Part shown: in pieces, positions 37,766 to 48,481 of the stretch
Layout: each line of letters starts with the position of its first letter
How positions within the stretch are numbered: the first letter of the stretch is position 1
Assembly (NCBI GenBank): GCA_001782805.1
Contig: MFPT01000021.1
Span: 10,546-74,545 of the forward strand
DNA: 64,000 nucleotides
DNA from: Candidatus Magasanikbacteria bacterium RIFCSPHIGHO2_01_FULL_41_23
GTDB lineage: Bacteria > Patescibacteriota > Patescibacteriia > Magasanikbacterales > UBA922
Direction of reading: 5' to 3'
Translations under genes and position numbers: made by a program
Notes under the pieces: model-generated
What the model was told of the DNA's origin: nothing
Databases searched by the model: none
What the model saw: only the letters and a program-made list of their open reading frames with translations

Positions 37766-40054
37766 TCAGCCTGATCCTCCATGATCCTCGGTCGCAATTT
37801 TGTCCTCTTCTTCTGTCAGTTGTTTTCCATGTTCCAAAGGGCATATTTTATAATACCACAAAGCCCGAGCCATGGCAGGATCACTGACGCGGTTGCATTT
37901 AAAGGCTTCGGTAATAGTGGGTTTATTAATACATTTACCTGTGCCTCCACTAGTTATCAATCGAACTCCAGCCTCAAGTCCCGTGTCAGGATTTAGTAAA
38001 TCAGTGACCGTATACCAACGATCGTACATATTAACCGCCCACTCAGAACCAAGTGGACCATTTATCTTTTTTGCTTCAAAACCACCCCCTTCTGGGAAAA
38101 TAGTAATGCCCATAAAAAAACCATGAGAAAATCTCCAATCAATGTCATAGTCTGGTGGATTGCTAAAATCGTTTCCTGTTTTGCCACCATGGTAATGCAA
38201 GTCATCATTTGATTGTCCTCCACCGGTTTTTTTTGGACTGGCAGGGTAATTGTTCCAATATTTTTTTCCACCTAAATCGTACTGAGATTCGTTCATTGGT
38301 GTAAAAGCGACACCTTTATATGTTACACCGGACATTAAAAATTTTTTTCTAGCAAGGACAGGTTTGTTATTATTTTGATAACCCTCATCGCCTCCGAGTA
38401 TTAAAGTTGACGCACCACCCTTTTCATTTCCCGATTCTTTATTGGCCCAAGCCCAGGCGTAACAGGCGTCTATCTTTAATTTTTCGGCAAGGTCAGCGAT
38501 ATTTTGGTTTGTAATTTTTCCGCTTGCCTTAGCTGGAATACTGTTGTGATGAAAATTAGTATCGCTCACCAAAGTACCATTAGAATTCATTTGATTTATA
38601 TATTGCGTAAAATCGGCTTGACGCGCATATAAAACTTTTAAGTTTCTAAATTGAACAAGTTCCGGATTAATGGTAAAGAGAATAACATAAGAAGTTGAGC
38701 TGATTAATAATCCGGTAACTGCTTGCACAATCATATTTTTGCCCGATGACTTGCTGTTTCCACTCGTATCGGGAATCGTAAATAAAAATCCGCCAATTAT
38801 AATCCGAACAAGACAAAAAATTCCGGCAATAACCACTAAATATTTGTAGACTGCGGCCAGATATTCTCCCAGAAAAGGAATATTCAAATAAGTGTTTCCC
38901 AAATCATCGCCACTTAATTCTCCCTCAATAGTTATATCAGAAAAATTAAGGCCGGGGATTTTTATTTTTGGTTGAGGTTTTTGTAATAATTGCCGAAGTT
39001 CATCCTCGGATAATGATGTATTTTTAATGGCGTGCGCAACATCACTTGATGCGGTCGCATCGGTGGCCGGCGCGGTTTTATCAGCCTCGATACTTATGGG
39101 GTATTTTGTTCCTTGTACAGAGCCAACACAAAAATGAAGGGCGTGAGCATCATCAATTCCACCATCATTTTTACATTCCCATGTTTCGTCGGCTGTGGAT
39201 TTGCCATAAGCGTTTTCACAATCAACATTTTTATTACACACGCAAATATTAGCATTTGCTCCATCGAGATCACTGTCTTCACAATCCAATTTATTTGGAC
39301 AATCAGAGTTGCTAACCCAATTTTTACATTGTTTTCCAATTCCATATTCGAGGGCTTTGGGATCAGTAGTTACAACAGGATTGTTTTTTGGAGCAGACGC
39401 AGGCAGAGGTACATCCTTGCCATACGCCGCGCTCATTACCGCTTTGAAAAGTAAAGCATGGCCAGCGTCATTGGTGTGTAGAGCATTATTACCCAAACCA
39501 GTATCAATCGCATCATCGCCGTTTTTGTCAATAAGAGCAGCATAATCAATATAAATATCAACTTTAGTTTTGAACCACGCATTATTTTTTTTGAGATTTT
39601 CACTCCACAGAGGAGTCCATGCGCCCCAACCTTTGAAAGGTTGGGCGCCGACACCAATTATACGCATGCCTTCTTTTTTTGCCTCAGTAATAATCTTATC
39701 TAGATCCGCTTGATTTTTGACTGTAGTATTTTCCAAACCATTTAATCCCGCGTATAATATAAGTTCTTTAAAACCATTATTAGCAACTCCTCCTTGCATG
39801 GTAAATTGTTCTAAAAAATAAGTGGAATTTGTACTAAGTTTGGCGAAACAAGTAAAATTGTAATCAGGCAAAGCTTTCTTAAGTTGCATGACAAAACCAT
39901 TCGTCACATTATTTTTTTCAGGTTTTGAACCAATACAACCATCATCGAACGTTGATGAACCAACAACCGCTACATTAGTTTTGGCCAAGGCTGTTAAAGG
40001 AAAAAAAATAAAAGCAAAAGTAAGAATGATAATTTGTAATGCTCTATACTTCAT
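37766..40054 (-). CDS. Multidomain exported protein: SGNH/GDSL-like hydrolase + Cys-rich region + VirB2/TrbC-like pilin + possible lysozyme-like domain
   Basis: VVGSST, AGLNG, NALHTNDAGH blocks; LGEYLAAVYKY..IIIGGF..GKNMI.QAVTGLLI...YVILFTINPEL pilin-like block; AWANKESG and LLNPDTGLEAGV resemble SLT motifs. Confidence 0.65.
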   Translation of the reverse strand: MKYRALQIIILTFAFIFFPLTALAKTNVAVVGSSTFDDGCIGSKPEKNNVTNGFVMQLKKALPDYNFTCFAKLSTNSTYFLEQFTMQGGVANNGFKELILYAGLNGLENTTVKNQADLDKIITEAKKEGMRIIGVGAQPFKGWGAWTPLWSENLKKNNAWFKTKVDIYIDYAALIDKNGDDAIDTGLGNNALHTNDAGHALLFKAVMSAAYGKDVPLPASAPKNNPVVTTDPKALEYGIGKQCKNWVSNSDCPNKLDCEDSDLDGANANICVCNKNVDCENAYGKSTADETWECKNDGGIDDAHALHFCVGSVQGTKYPISIEADKTAPATDATASSDVAHAIKNTSLSEDELRQLLQKPQPKIKIPGLNFSDITIEGELSGDDLGNTYLNIPFLGEYLAAVYKYLVVIAGIFCLVRIIIGGFLFTIPDTSGNSKSSGKNMIVQAVTGLLISSTSYVILFTINPELVQFRNLKVLYARQADFTQYINQMNSNGTLVSDTNFHHNSIPAKASGKITNQNIADLAEKLKIDACYAWAWANKESGNEKGGASTLILGGDEGYQNNNKPVLARKKFLMSGVTYKGVAFTPMNESQYDLGGKKYWNNYPASPKKTGGGQSNDDLHYHGGKTGNDFSNPPDYDIDWRFSHGFFMGITIFPEGGGFEAKKINGPLGSEWAVNMYDRWYTVTDLLNPDTGLEAGVRLITSGGTGKCINKPTITEAFKCNRVSDPAMARALWYYKICPLEHGKQLTEEEDKIATEDHGGSG

Positions 40055-40068
40055 ATTTAACATTCAAA

Positions 40069-40725
40069 TTAATTACTTTTGATGGCCAATATATCCGCCC
40101 ATCCCTCCACTGTCTCCGCCTCTTCAACTTGTTTATTATCCACAAAAAAAGTCGGTACGGCTTGAATGTTTAATTGCAAGGCCAGATTTTTGTTTTGAAA
40201 AATATAATTTTCGGTTGCAGGCGCGGCCAGACATTTTTCCAAATCAGTCGAATCCAAAGCAATATCAACCGCGATTTTTTTTAAAGTTGCGTCTGATAAT
40301 TGATCGTTTAAAATAAATGCCTGATTTTTAAATTCAGTGAATTTTTTTTGACTATGCGCGCAAAAACCATATTTCAAAGCTAATTCACTGGGATAAGGAA
40401 AACGCGTTACGGGTAATCCTTTCCAAATAATTTTTATGGCATTGGGATGCTTGGCCACCAATTGCGTGAGGATTTCATCATACTGTTTACAGCGATGACA
40501 ACCAAAATCTTCAAACGCGACAATTGTTTTGCCCGCGCGTTTTTGGCCGATAATAGGATCAGTGATGGAAAATGGAATGGAAAATTCCGGTGGTTTTTCT
40601 CCATCAGACGACGAGGTATTTTTTTTGGGAAAAAGTGGTTCGTAACGGAGAACTTGGATAAAGAGAGCAAAACCAACAACTAAAAGAGCGGGAATAAAAA
40701 TCAATATCATTTTTTTTATACTCAT
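40069..40725 (-). CDS. DsbA/BdbD-like membrane-anchored thiol-disulfide oxidoreductase
   Basis: FEDFGCHRC active site, VPTFFV cis-Pro loop, N-terminal TM. Confidence 0.9.
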   Translation of the reverse strand: MSIKKMILIFIPALLVVGFALFIQVLRYEPLFPKKNTSSSDGEKPPEFSIPFSITDPIIGQKRAGKTIVAFEDFGCHRCKQYDEILTQLVAKHPNAIKIIWKGLPVTRFPYPSELALKYGFCAHSQKKFTEFKNQAFILNDQLSDATLKKIAVDIALDSTDLEKCLAAPATENYIFQNKNLALQLNIQAVPTFFVDNKQVEEAETVEGWADILAIKSN

Positions 40726-41972
40726 ATTGTCGTTACTTTAAACGCTCCGGATTTATTTTTATCAGTTATATAGAGTGATTGTCCATCTTCGCTCACGGAA
40801 ATAGTGTCTACGGTAAAATTATTTTCCGTGGGAATTTCGGTTTTTATGCCCGTAACCGTGTCAATTTTATACAAGATGTCGGGTGTTTGGTTGGCAATGG
40901 CTGGCGCAAATCCCGCACCAGTATCCAGTTGTTCGGGGACTCCGCAATAAATAAATCGTTCATCGCCCATAGCGCATTTGCTGGCCCAAGTTTGGACGTT
41001 TAACAGTTTACGATTTCCCCCCACTGAATCCGGCTTAGCATCCACAATCCATAATTCCGGTTTGAAATCACTGTTCGCGCTGTATACGCTATGCAAAAGT
41101 TTGGTTCCTTCTTTTGACCATTTGGTTTGGAGTCCACGACCTTCCACCACCAATCCGCGAAAATTTTCTTTGTTTAATCCTACCAATAAAATTTGTTGGC
41201 GATCATCGCCCAGCGGTTCGCCCGTGCGAGACAAGGCCACCACTTGCCGGTTCGGTGACCAATCCATAATTACTTTATCTTGATTTGTGCCCATTGGTTC
41301 AATCAAACGGACACTACTGCCATCGGGCGCGGCCGTAATGATCCAGCGATTTTCCGGCGCAATCCCAATACTTTTGGCCGCGATTTGGTCGCCTTGCGGT
41401 GAAAAAGAAAATTCATCCCAATGTTTGGGCAAAGTAACTTGTTTTTTTGTTTCAAAATTATAGTAAATGTTTGCGCCGTCAGGATACTGGATAATGCTTT
41501 CGTTATTTTTTGGTGACCATGCCACGTCTTTGACATTATAAAATACTTGGTCATCCAAAGTTACAACAGTTCCGTTGGAATCGATTTTATAAAATTTTCC
41601 ATCTTCGGAATTGTAAAATTTGGTTGTTCCGCCGACTGTGGTAACACTGCGCACGGGAGTTTCCACAACTGTGCTGACGCGATCAAAGGTATAATTGGTT
41701 GTTATTTTTTTCGGAGTTTCGATAATTTCCTCAGAAACAAAAGTAGGTTGATTGGTTTGGCTGGTTGGCAAATTGGCCGGAGCAGTGTCAGGCGTGATTG
41801 GTTTTCCTTCGCCGGCAGTGGGAAAGGCGTTTTGTCCGACAGTGGGTTTTTTTCCGATTGGCGCGGTGGACAGTGGCGTGGTTTTGCGAAAAAAAACAAA
41901 ATAAATGGCGTAGGCCATGAGTGCGGAAACAAGGAGAAAAAGAATAATTAATAAAATGCGTTTTTTGTCCAT
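40722..41972 (-). CDS. Membrane-anchored TolB-like beta-propeller protein
   Basis: N-terminal TM, Pro/Thr linker, repeated WSP/FSP motifs, KC...IYCGVP. Confidence 0.75.
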   Translation of the reverse strand: MDKKRILLIILFLLVSALMAYAIYFVFFRKTTPLSTAPIGKKPTVGQNAFPTAGEGKPITPDTAPANLPTSQTNQPTFVSEEIIETPKKITTNYTFDRVSTVVETPVRSVTTVGGTTKFYNSEDGKFYKIDSNGTVVTLDDQVFYNVKDVAWSPKNNESIIQYPDGANIYYNFETKKQVTLPKHWDEFSFSPQGDQIAAKSIGIAPENRWIITAAPDGSSVRLIEPMGTNQDKVIMDWSPNRQVVALSRTGEPLGDDRQQILLVGLNKENFRGLVVEGRGLQTKWSKEGTKLLHSVYSANSDFKPELWIVDAKPDSVGGNRKLLNVQTWASKCAMGDERFIYCGVPEQLDTGAGFAPAIANQTPDILYKIDTVTGIKTEIPTENNFTVDTISVSEDGQSLYITDKNKSGAFKVTTI

Positions 41973-41989
41973 AGTTGTACTCCCTAAAG

Positions 41990-43726
41990 TTAGACGGCGG
42001 ATTGTTGTTTAGAACGTTGTTGTTTTAATGTAGTCAGCAGTGATTGATTTATTATTCTAAACCGTTGTTGAGCCAATTTGGCAATTTGCTGGCTGATATT
42101 TTTTAATTTTTTTCGTTTTTCATCACGTTCTTTTTTCTTTTTTTCCATTTTTTTATCAAGATCTGCAATTTTTAGGTCTACGGCTTTCCTGAGAACTTGG
42201 GGGATATTGGAAGCAGTCCAAACCATGGGCGCAATCGGGACAATGAAGAGAAAAATAATCGTCGCGGCCAGAATTGCGGCTAAAACTTTTATGAGAATTT
42301 CAATTGCCAATAATGTCCAGCTGGCAATGGTTAATGCTTTGTGTTCTCGTTCCAAGGGCTTAAGAAATTCATCGATGGTTTTGATTTCTTTTTGTAATTT
42401 TTTTTTGTCTTGGTTAAGTTGTTCGGCTTTTTTGTCTATCTCAGCGATTAACTGTTTGTTCCGTCGTTCATTAAACTTTTGCATTAGTATACCACGTTGT
42501 TGGAGATTTTGTCCGCTCGTTTGTTGTTGAGTCGCATTTTGGTTTGGATCTGTTGTAGTTTGGTTTTGTGGCTGGCCTGATTGGGAATTTTGATTTTGTC
42601 CCGACGCGTTGGGATTAGTTTGTCCTGATGCTTGTTCTTGATTCTGTCCATTTTGTCCGCGTGGTTGGGGATGGCCGGCATCATCTGTCTTAACCAGTGG
42701 TTCGCCAAGCGAAGCTTGATCGTCTTGGTTGGCAGTCATGGGATTTTTTTCCGGTTCCGGTGGTTTTTCTTCGGGAGTTGGTTCTTCCGGCTTTTTTTCT
42801 CCCTCCGATTCTCTTTCTTTTGCTTTTTCCGGCGCGTCTTCTTTTGATTTGGCGTCGTCCTCTTCTTTTTTTCTCTCTTCATCAGCTGACGGATTTGATT
42901 TGTCTGATTCAGTTTTTCCACCTTCAGGAGTTGGTGCTCCTTGTTTTGTTTTTTCCTGTTCTCTTTCTGGTTGTTTTTCTTCCGGTGTTTCTCCAGGATT
43001 TTCTGCATTAGTTGGAGTTTCAGTCGGAGAAGGAGTTGCTTCCTCTTCTGGTTTTGTTTCGGCTTGTTCAGAATTTGGTGTTGATTCGGCATTTTTATTC
43101 GCGGAACGATTATCGGCTGCTTTATCCGCGCCTTGTTGCATTCGATCTTTTTTTTGTGGAGCCCCTCGACTTCCCTCGACTCCGCTCGGGACAAGTTGCT
43201 CGGGGTAAACTGGTTCGGCTTGATCCGGTTCAACATCAGAATCATCAGGTATTTCTTGGTCATCATTGGCCGCTTCATCTGTTGACAGTGAGTCTGCCGA
43301 ATCTGTTGGATCAGCGCCAAAAGAATTAATTGCATCCGTTGGATTTATGCCACTATCAGGCATTTCCACATTATCATTGGCCGCGCTGTTTATGTTAAAT
43401 TCATCAGCCAATAATTCTTCTGCTTCTTTTTCCGCAATTGTTTCCGCAACCGCATTTGCCACTTCTTGATCCAGCATTTCTTTGGTTTCCATTTCTAAAT
43501 TAGTGTTTGCCGCCACTTGATCCACCATTTGTCGGCCAATTTGGGCAATCAAATCAGTTACTTTAGTCAGTCCTGATCCGCGTATTTCACTGGAGCTGAC
43601 GGTTTTTTTTAAAATATTTTCCGCTTGATTATTTTGGCCGCTCAAATAATCGCCGACTCCTTGGGAAATTGGATCGGGTTTTGCTGGATCTGGTTTACGT
43701 TGGGGTAAAGCCACAGCCGAATTCAA
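41990..43726 (-). CDS. Acidic low-complexity protein with C-terminal TM hairpin flanked by coiled coils
   Basis: 578-aa ORF, E/P/Q-rich middle, two hydrophobic helices near the C-terminus; same-strand operon context. Confidence 0.75.
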   Translation of the reverse strand: MNSAVALPQRKPDPAKPDPISQGVGDYLSGQNNQAENILKKTVSSSEIRGSGLTKVTDLIAQIGRQMVDQVAANTNLEMETKEMLDQEVANAVAETIAEKEAEELLADEFNINSAANDNVEMPDSGINPTDAINSFGADPTDSADSLSTDEAANDDQEIPDDSDVEPDQAEPVYPEQLVPSGVEGSRGAPQKKDRMQQGADKAADNRSANKNAESTPNSEQAETKPEEEATPSPTETPTNAENPGETPEEKQPEREQEKTKQGAPTPEGGKTESDKSNPSADEERKKEEDDAKSKEDAPEKAKERESEGEKKPEEPTPEEKPPEPEKNPMTANQDDQASLGEPLVKTDDAGHPQPRGQNGQNQEQASGQTNPNASGQNQNSQSGQPQNQTTTDPNQNATQQQTSGQNLQQRGILMQKFNERRNKQLIAEIDKKAEQLNQDKKKLQKEIKTIDEFLKPLEREHKALTIASWTLLAIEILIKVLAAILAATIIFLFIVPIAPMVWTASNIPQVLRKAVDLKIADLDKKMEKKKKERDEKRKKLKNISQQIAKLAQQRFRIINQSLLTTLKQQRSKQQSAV

Positions 43727-43730
43727 AAAT

Positions 43731-44078
43731 TTATAATGCGCTCACTGCGCGCAAAAGTTTGGCGCAATCGCGGTAATAATGCGTGATGAGTTCTTTGGTT
43801 CTCATGTCTTCGGTCGCGCTTTTTTGATTATGTAAATCCACGATAAAAATTGTTGTCTGCTCCGCGCGCAATTTAATAAGACGATCCGTGATTTGATTTC
43901 TGTTTTCGATTGGCGCGGCCAAAAGTCGTTGTTTCCAATAACTTAATTCTTCATCAATATGTTTTAATCGTTGTTCTTTTTTCAAACCACGAGTTTGTTG
44001 ATGGCGATTTTTGGCAAATTGATGCGCGCGCGCTTGATCGGTCGTGGGCACTATATTATTTAAGTACATAGGCCTCAT
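43731..44078 (-). CDS. Hypothetical protein
   Basis: 115-aa ORF bridging clpC and the next gene; start uncertain. Confidence 0.6.
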   Translation of the reverse strand: MRPMYLNNIVPTTDQARAHQFAKNRHQQTRGLKKEQRLKHIDEELSYWKQRLLAAPIENRNQITDRLIKLRAEQTTIFIVDLHNQKSATEDMRTKELITHYYRDCAKLLRAVSAL

Positions 44079-46593
44079 GCTCTTGAGTCAACGTATAATG
44101 AGATTTGCGTCCTCGAGTTTTCGTTTGTTTTTTTAATAATTCAATTATCAGTTCAGGCACAATGCGTTCAATTAAATTCTGCACGGGTCGCGCTCCCAGA
44201 TCCGGGTGATATGACTCTTTAGCCAATGCCGCCAGTACGGTTTGATCAGCCGAAATGCTTAAACTTTTGGCAGTCATAAGTTCACGACTGAGCTGGGCAA
44301 TTTGCTGGGCGATTATTTGTTCAATCGTATCTTTATTGAGTGGCGCGAAAATACAGAGTTTATCCAAGCGACTCATAATAGCCGCTCCCAATTCTTCTTT
44401 GACCGCGGCAGTGATTTTTTTGTCTGTATCCGTGCCATAGATTGCGCCAATTGCGCTTTCGCCAAAACCAAAGCCATTGGTTTTGAAAATTTCCGCACCA
44501 ATGTTCGCGGTCATAATTATAATCGCGTGATTAAAATGGACTTTTTTGCCGCCCGCGTCAGTAAGTTCACCTTCGTCTAAAATTTGCAATAATAGCCGAC
44601 GCACATCAGCATGCGCTTTGTCTATTTCATCGAGTAAAATAATTGAATATGGCCGACGACGTAATTCATCGAATAAGCGATTGCGATCTTTGTACCCGAC
44701 ATAGCCGGCGGGTGAGCCCAAAATTTTGGCCACGCTGTGCGGCTCGGCAAATTCGCTCATGTCTAATTTTATCAGTGCTTTTTCATCATGGTATAAACCT
44801 TCGGCCAATAATTTGGCCAGTTCGGTTTTGCCTACGCCGCTCGGACCAACAAACAAAAATGAGGCAAATGGTTTTCCTTTGCGACCCAAACCCAAGTAAC
44901 GTTCCTTCAGTGTGCGCACAATGTTGTCAATGACCATGTCTTGACCAACTAATAGTTTTTTAAGCATATCTTTGGCCTGATCAAGCATATCCCATTCACT
45001 GCTTTCCAATACCGCACGATCAACTCCCAAACGATCAGCCAACGTTGACACAATATCTGCCGGCGAAACTACTATGGGATTTTTTATATTTTTTTTAACC
45101 GTGAACTGACGAATTTTGACCGCGAGTTTTTTCATTTCGTTCTGTAATTTGCTTAAGGTTTTTTTGTATGTTTTGGCGCCATTGATATTTTTTGCTTCCA
45201 ACGCCGCGGTTTTTTGTTTTTCTATTTCCGTGATTTTTCGTTCCAATTGAACTAATTTTTGACTCTCTGAATTTTTATATTTTTTAACTTTTACCGCGGC
45301 CGAGGCTTCGTCCAGCAAATCAATCGCTTTATCCGGCTGATACGCATCATGCAGATATTTGCCACTCAAAGCCACTGCAGTTTCAATCGCGGCCGGAGTA
45401 ATGGTCAAATGATGAAATTCCTCATAATATTTTTTGACGCCGTTTAAAATAGCAATTGTCTGTGTTGTAGTTGGTTCAGCCACAAAGACCGGCTGAAAAC
45501 GACGTTCCAAGGCCGGATCAGCCGCCACATATTTTTTATACTCATCGTACGTAGTCGCGCCAATGCAGTGTAATTGACCGCGAGCCAGAGCCGGCTTGAG
45601 AATATTCGCGGCATCAAGCGTTCCTTGATTGGAACCGGCTCCGATAATAGTATGCAGTTCATCAATAAACAAAATACTATGTTCGCTTCGTGACAACTCG
45701 TCAATCACTTGTTTTAAACGCGATTCAAATTCACCGCGATAAATTGTGCCCGCGATCATCAGCGTTAAATCAAGTGACAGAATTTTTTTGCGGCGCAAAA
45801 TATCCGGCACATCATCGGCACAAATCCGTTTGGCCAAGCCTTCCACAATCGCGGTTTTGCCCACGCCCGGCTCGCCAATAAGAATAGGATTATTTTTGGT
45901 GCGTCGACAAAGAATATTTATCACTCGATTGATTTCTGTGTCGCGTCCAATCACCGGATCCAATTTTTTTTCTACTGCCTTGTCGGTTAAATTTACGGTA
46001 AAATATTGAACTGCGCTTTGTTCCGCTTTTTTCTTTTTACTTCCGCGCAAGGTATTTTCCGCCGCGTCATTTTGTTCATCAGCTTTATGAGTCAAAGAAT
46101 CCATGGTTTCAATCATGTCATCAATCGTCGTGCTTTGGCCGCTGGTTTCCAACGCGGTTCTGACAAGTTTTGCCAATTCACCACGTTCAGTTTTGGCCTT
46201 GGAAAAAATAGTAGTTAATTCTTTGTCATCGTTTTCCAACAACGCCAGCAATAAATGTTCAGTGCCAATATAGCTGTGTCCGCGTTCAAACGCGATGAGG
46301 AGCGATTTTTCAATTGTCCGACTGGCTCCTTGGCTTAAATCAGGCAATGACGGTCGTCCGTCTTCGGTTTTTTCAATTGGCCGTCGTTCAGCGCTGTGCC
46401 GAATTTCTTCTACGGGAAAATTGGCTTTTTTTAAAATTTCCACAGCTACCGAACCCGGCTCTTCCATCAGGCCGATAAATAAGTGATATGGTTCCACTTG
46501 AGCCAAGTGGGCATTGTGCGCCAGAGAAATCGCACGCGCGATGACATTTTTGAGATGAGTGGAAAAATTGTCCAGCAGTTTTTGGGGGGTCAT
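44056..46593 (-). CDS. clpC: ClpC-like ATP-dependent Clp protease ATPase subunit
   Basis: Clp N-repeats, GEPGVGKT, FIDELH, GPSGVGKT, LLDEIDKAH, GARP. Confidence 0.9.
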   Translation of the reverse strand: MTPQKLLDNFSTHLKNVIARAISLAHNAHLAQVEPYHLFIGLMEEPGSVAVEILKKANFPVEEIRHSAERRPIEKTEDGRPSLPDLSQGASRTIEKSLLIAFERGHSYIGTEHLLLALLENDDKELTTIFSKAKTERGELAKLVRTALETSGQSTTIDDMIETMDSLTHKADEQNDAAENTLRGSKKKKAEQSAVQYFTVNLTDKAVEKKLDPVIGRDTEINRVINILCRRTKNNPILIGEPGVGKTAIVEGLAKRICADDVPDILRRKKILSLDLTLMIAGTIYRGEFESRLKQVIDELSRSEHSILFIDELHTIIGAGSNQGTLDAANILKPALARGQLHCIGATTYDEYKKYVAADPALERRFQPVFVAEPTTTQTIAILNGVKKYYEEFHHLTITPAAIETAVALSGKYLHDAYQPDKAIDLLDEASAAVKVKKYKNSESQKLVQLERKITEIEKQKTAALEAKNINGAKTYKKTLSKLQNEMKKLAVKIRQFTVKKNIKNPIVVSPADIVSTLADRLGVDRAVLESSEWDMLDQAKDMLKKLLVGQDMVIDNIVRTLKERYLGLGRKGKPFASFLFVGPSGVGKTELAKLLAEGLYHDEKALIKLDMSEFAEPHSVAKILGSPAGYVGYKDRNRLFDELRRRPYSIILLDEIDKAHADVRRLLLQILDEGELTDAGGKKVHFNHAIIIMTANIGAEIFKTNGFGFGESAIGAIYGTDTDKKITAAVKEELGAAIMSRLDKLCIFAPLNKDTIEQIIAQQIAQLSRELMTAKSLSISADQTVLAALAKESYHPDLGARPVQNLIERIVPELIIELLKKQTKTRGRKSHYTLTQEHEAYVLK

Positions 46594-46643
46594 AATTTTG
46601 ACTTTTAGGCGTTAGCTTTATACAATAACTATACTTTATTTAA

Positions 46644-48476
46644 ATGAAAATTTCCAGCCCTTATAATATTGAAAGTATGAGAGAAGGTCTAAGTACTATA
46701 TTGGCTCAAATCAAGGATAAAAAGGTTTTGTCCCCAGAGGCTCTTGTTAATCTCACGATTTGGCTCACCCGAGAAGATATGGCGGAATTTCGTGTCGAGA
46801 TTTTTGACTTATTAAACCAGGGAAATTATGAACACTTAGAAGATGCTTTTTATACGCGAATTAAAGTTGGTACGGGAGGAATTAGGGGTATTATTGGTGT
46901 TGGATCAAATCGAATTAATCGTCGTACCATTGCTGAAGCCGCTCAAGCTTTGGCTGATTTTATTGCTGATTTTGGTGGAATCGCCAAACAGCATAGTGTA
47001 GTGATTGGATATGAAGCTCGAACCAATGCCAAAGAATTTGCTGAAATGTGTGCCGAAGTATTTGCGGCCAACGACATTAAATCATACATTTTTGATGGAC
47101 TACGCGCCACGCCTGAAATTTCTTTTGCTGTCCGTTTTTTGGGAGCAACTGCGGGTGTGCAAATTACCGCTTCGCATAATCCTCGCACGGACAATGGTTT
47201 TAAATTTTATTGGTCAGATGGTGGGCAGGTGGTACCGCCATTGGATTTAAAGTTTATGGAGTTGGTACAAAAAGTTGATCGCATACAATACCTAAAGTTT
47301 AGTGACGGGTTAAGAAAAAATTTAATTACCTTTATTGGTAAGGAGATTGACGAGGTATATTATCAAGCGATTCACGGTTTATCGCTTTCTCAAAGTCGTT
47401 CAGCCACGATTGTATTTAGTCCGATTCATGGTGCGGGAATCATGAACGTTTTACCCGTACTGCGTAATGCAGGGTATATGGTTGAGGTTGTTCCGGAACA
47501 AGCTGTGCCTGATGCACAATTTCCAACGGCAAAAGGCGATTTGATAAATCCTGAATATGAGGAAGTCATGGAATTGCCTATAAAATTGGCGGAAAAATTA
47601 GAGTATGACTTGGCAATTAATTCTGATCCTGATGCCGATCGGATCGGTGTTGCCGCTAAGAAAAAAATGAACGAAAGTACTGTCCAATTTTTGACCGGTA
47701 ATGAAATCGGCATTGCACTTGCTCACTTTATATTATCAGCCAGACAAGCGAAAGGAGAGTTAACTAGCCATCATTTGCTTGTGGAAACATATGTCACCAC
47801 GTCGCTCATCGGTGACATTGCTCGGCGTTTCGGTATCACAGTTAAAGATGATTTATTGGTGGGATTTAAATTTATTGGTGAAGTGATTGAAAAATTAAGC
47901 GATAAAAAAGATTTTGTATTCGCGGCCGAAGAAAGTTTGGGATATCTAGCTGGTACGTTTGTCCGTGACAAAGATGCTGCGATTGCCGCTCTTTTATTGG
48001 CGGAGCTGGTATCCGAATGTAAAGATAAAGGCCAAACTTTAGTTGGTTATCTTGATGATATTTATCGTGTCTACGGTTATTACAAAAATCGTTTGCACAT
48101 GGCCGAATTTCCCGGCAAAAAAGGTTTTCAAAATATTCGTCGTATTATGATTGGTTTTCGTCAGAAACCTCCGACTGATTTGGCTGGCATTCCGATTTTG
48201 AAAGTGCTTGATCGTTTACCAGAAGCACAGCGTTCCGCTGAAACTTACAAAGTAGGTGCAACGGGGGATCAATTGACATTTATTTTTTCCGCTGATGAAA
48301 AAACTCGGGTTACAGTTCGCCCATCGGGTACAGAACCAAAGGTAAAATTTTATATACAAGACCGTTCCGATGTTGTCGGTGATTTGGAGGAAACGCGTTT
48401 GCATACAGACGCACGGGTTAATCTGTTGACGTTTGATATCATTGAATATAGCCGGCAATTTGTGCGAGAAGATTAA
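46644..48476 (+). CDS. pgm: Phosphoglucomutase/phosphomannomutase
   Basis: GTGGIRG, TASHNP, DPDADR, EESLG, RPSGTEPK. Confidence 0.93.
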   Translation: MKISSPYNIESMREGLSTILAQIKDKKVLSPEALVNLTIWLTREDMAEFRVEIFDLLNQGNYEHLEDAFYTRIKVGTGGIRGIIGVGSNRINRRTIAEAAQALADFIADFGGIAKQHSVVIGYEARTNAKEFAEMCAEVFAANDIKSYIFDGLRATPEISFAVRFLGATAGVQITASHNPRTDNGFKFYWSDGGQVVPPLDLKFMELVQKVDRIQYLKFSDGLRKNLITFIGKEIDEVYYQAIHGLSLSQSRSATIVFSPIHGAGIMNVLPVLRNAGYMVEVVPEQAVPDAQFPTAKGDLINPEYEEVMELPIKLAEKLEYDLAINSDPDADRIGVAAKKKMNESTVQFLTGNEIGIALAHFILSARQAKGELTSHHLLVETYVTTSLIGDIARRFGITVKDDLLVGFKFIGEVIEKLSDKKDFVFAAEESLGYLAGTFVRDKDAAIAALLLAELVSECKDKGQTLVGYLDDIYRVYGYYKNRLHMAEFPGKKGFQNIRRIMIGFRQKPPTDLAGIPILKVLDRLPEAQRSAETYKVGATGDQLTFIFSADEKTRVTVRPSGTEPKVKFYIQDRSDVVGDLEETRLHTDARVNLLTFDIIEYSRQFVRED

Positions 48477-48481
48477 AATTT

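Noticed and set aside
42078-43469. Several long alternative-frame ORFs
   Set aside because: Shadows of the low-complexity gene at 41990-43726.
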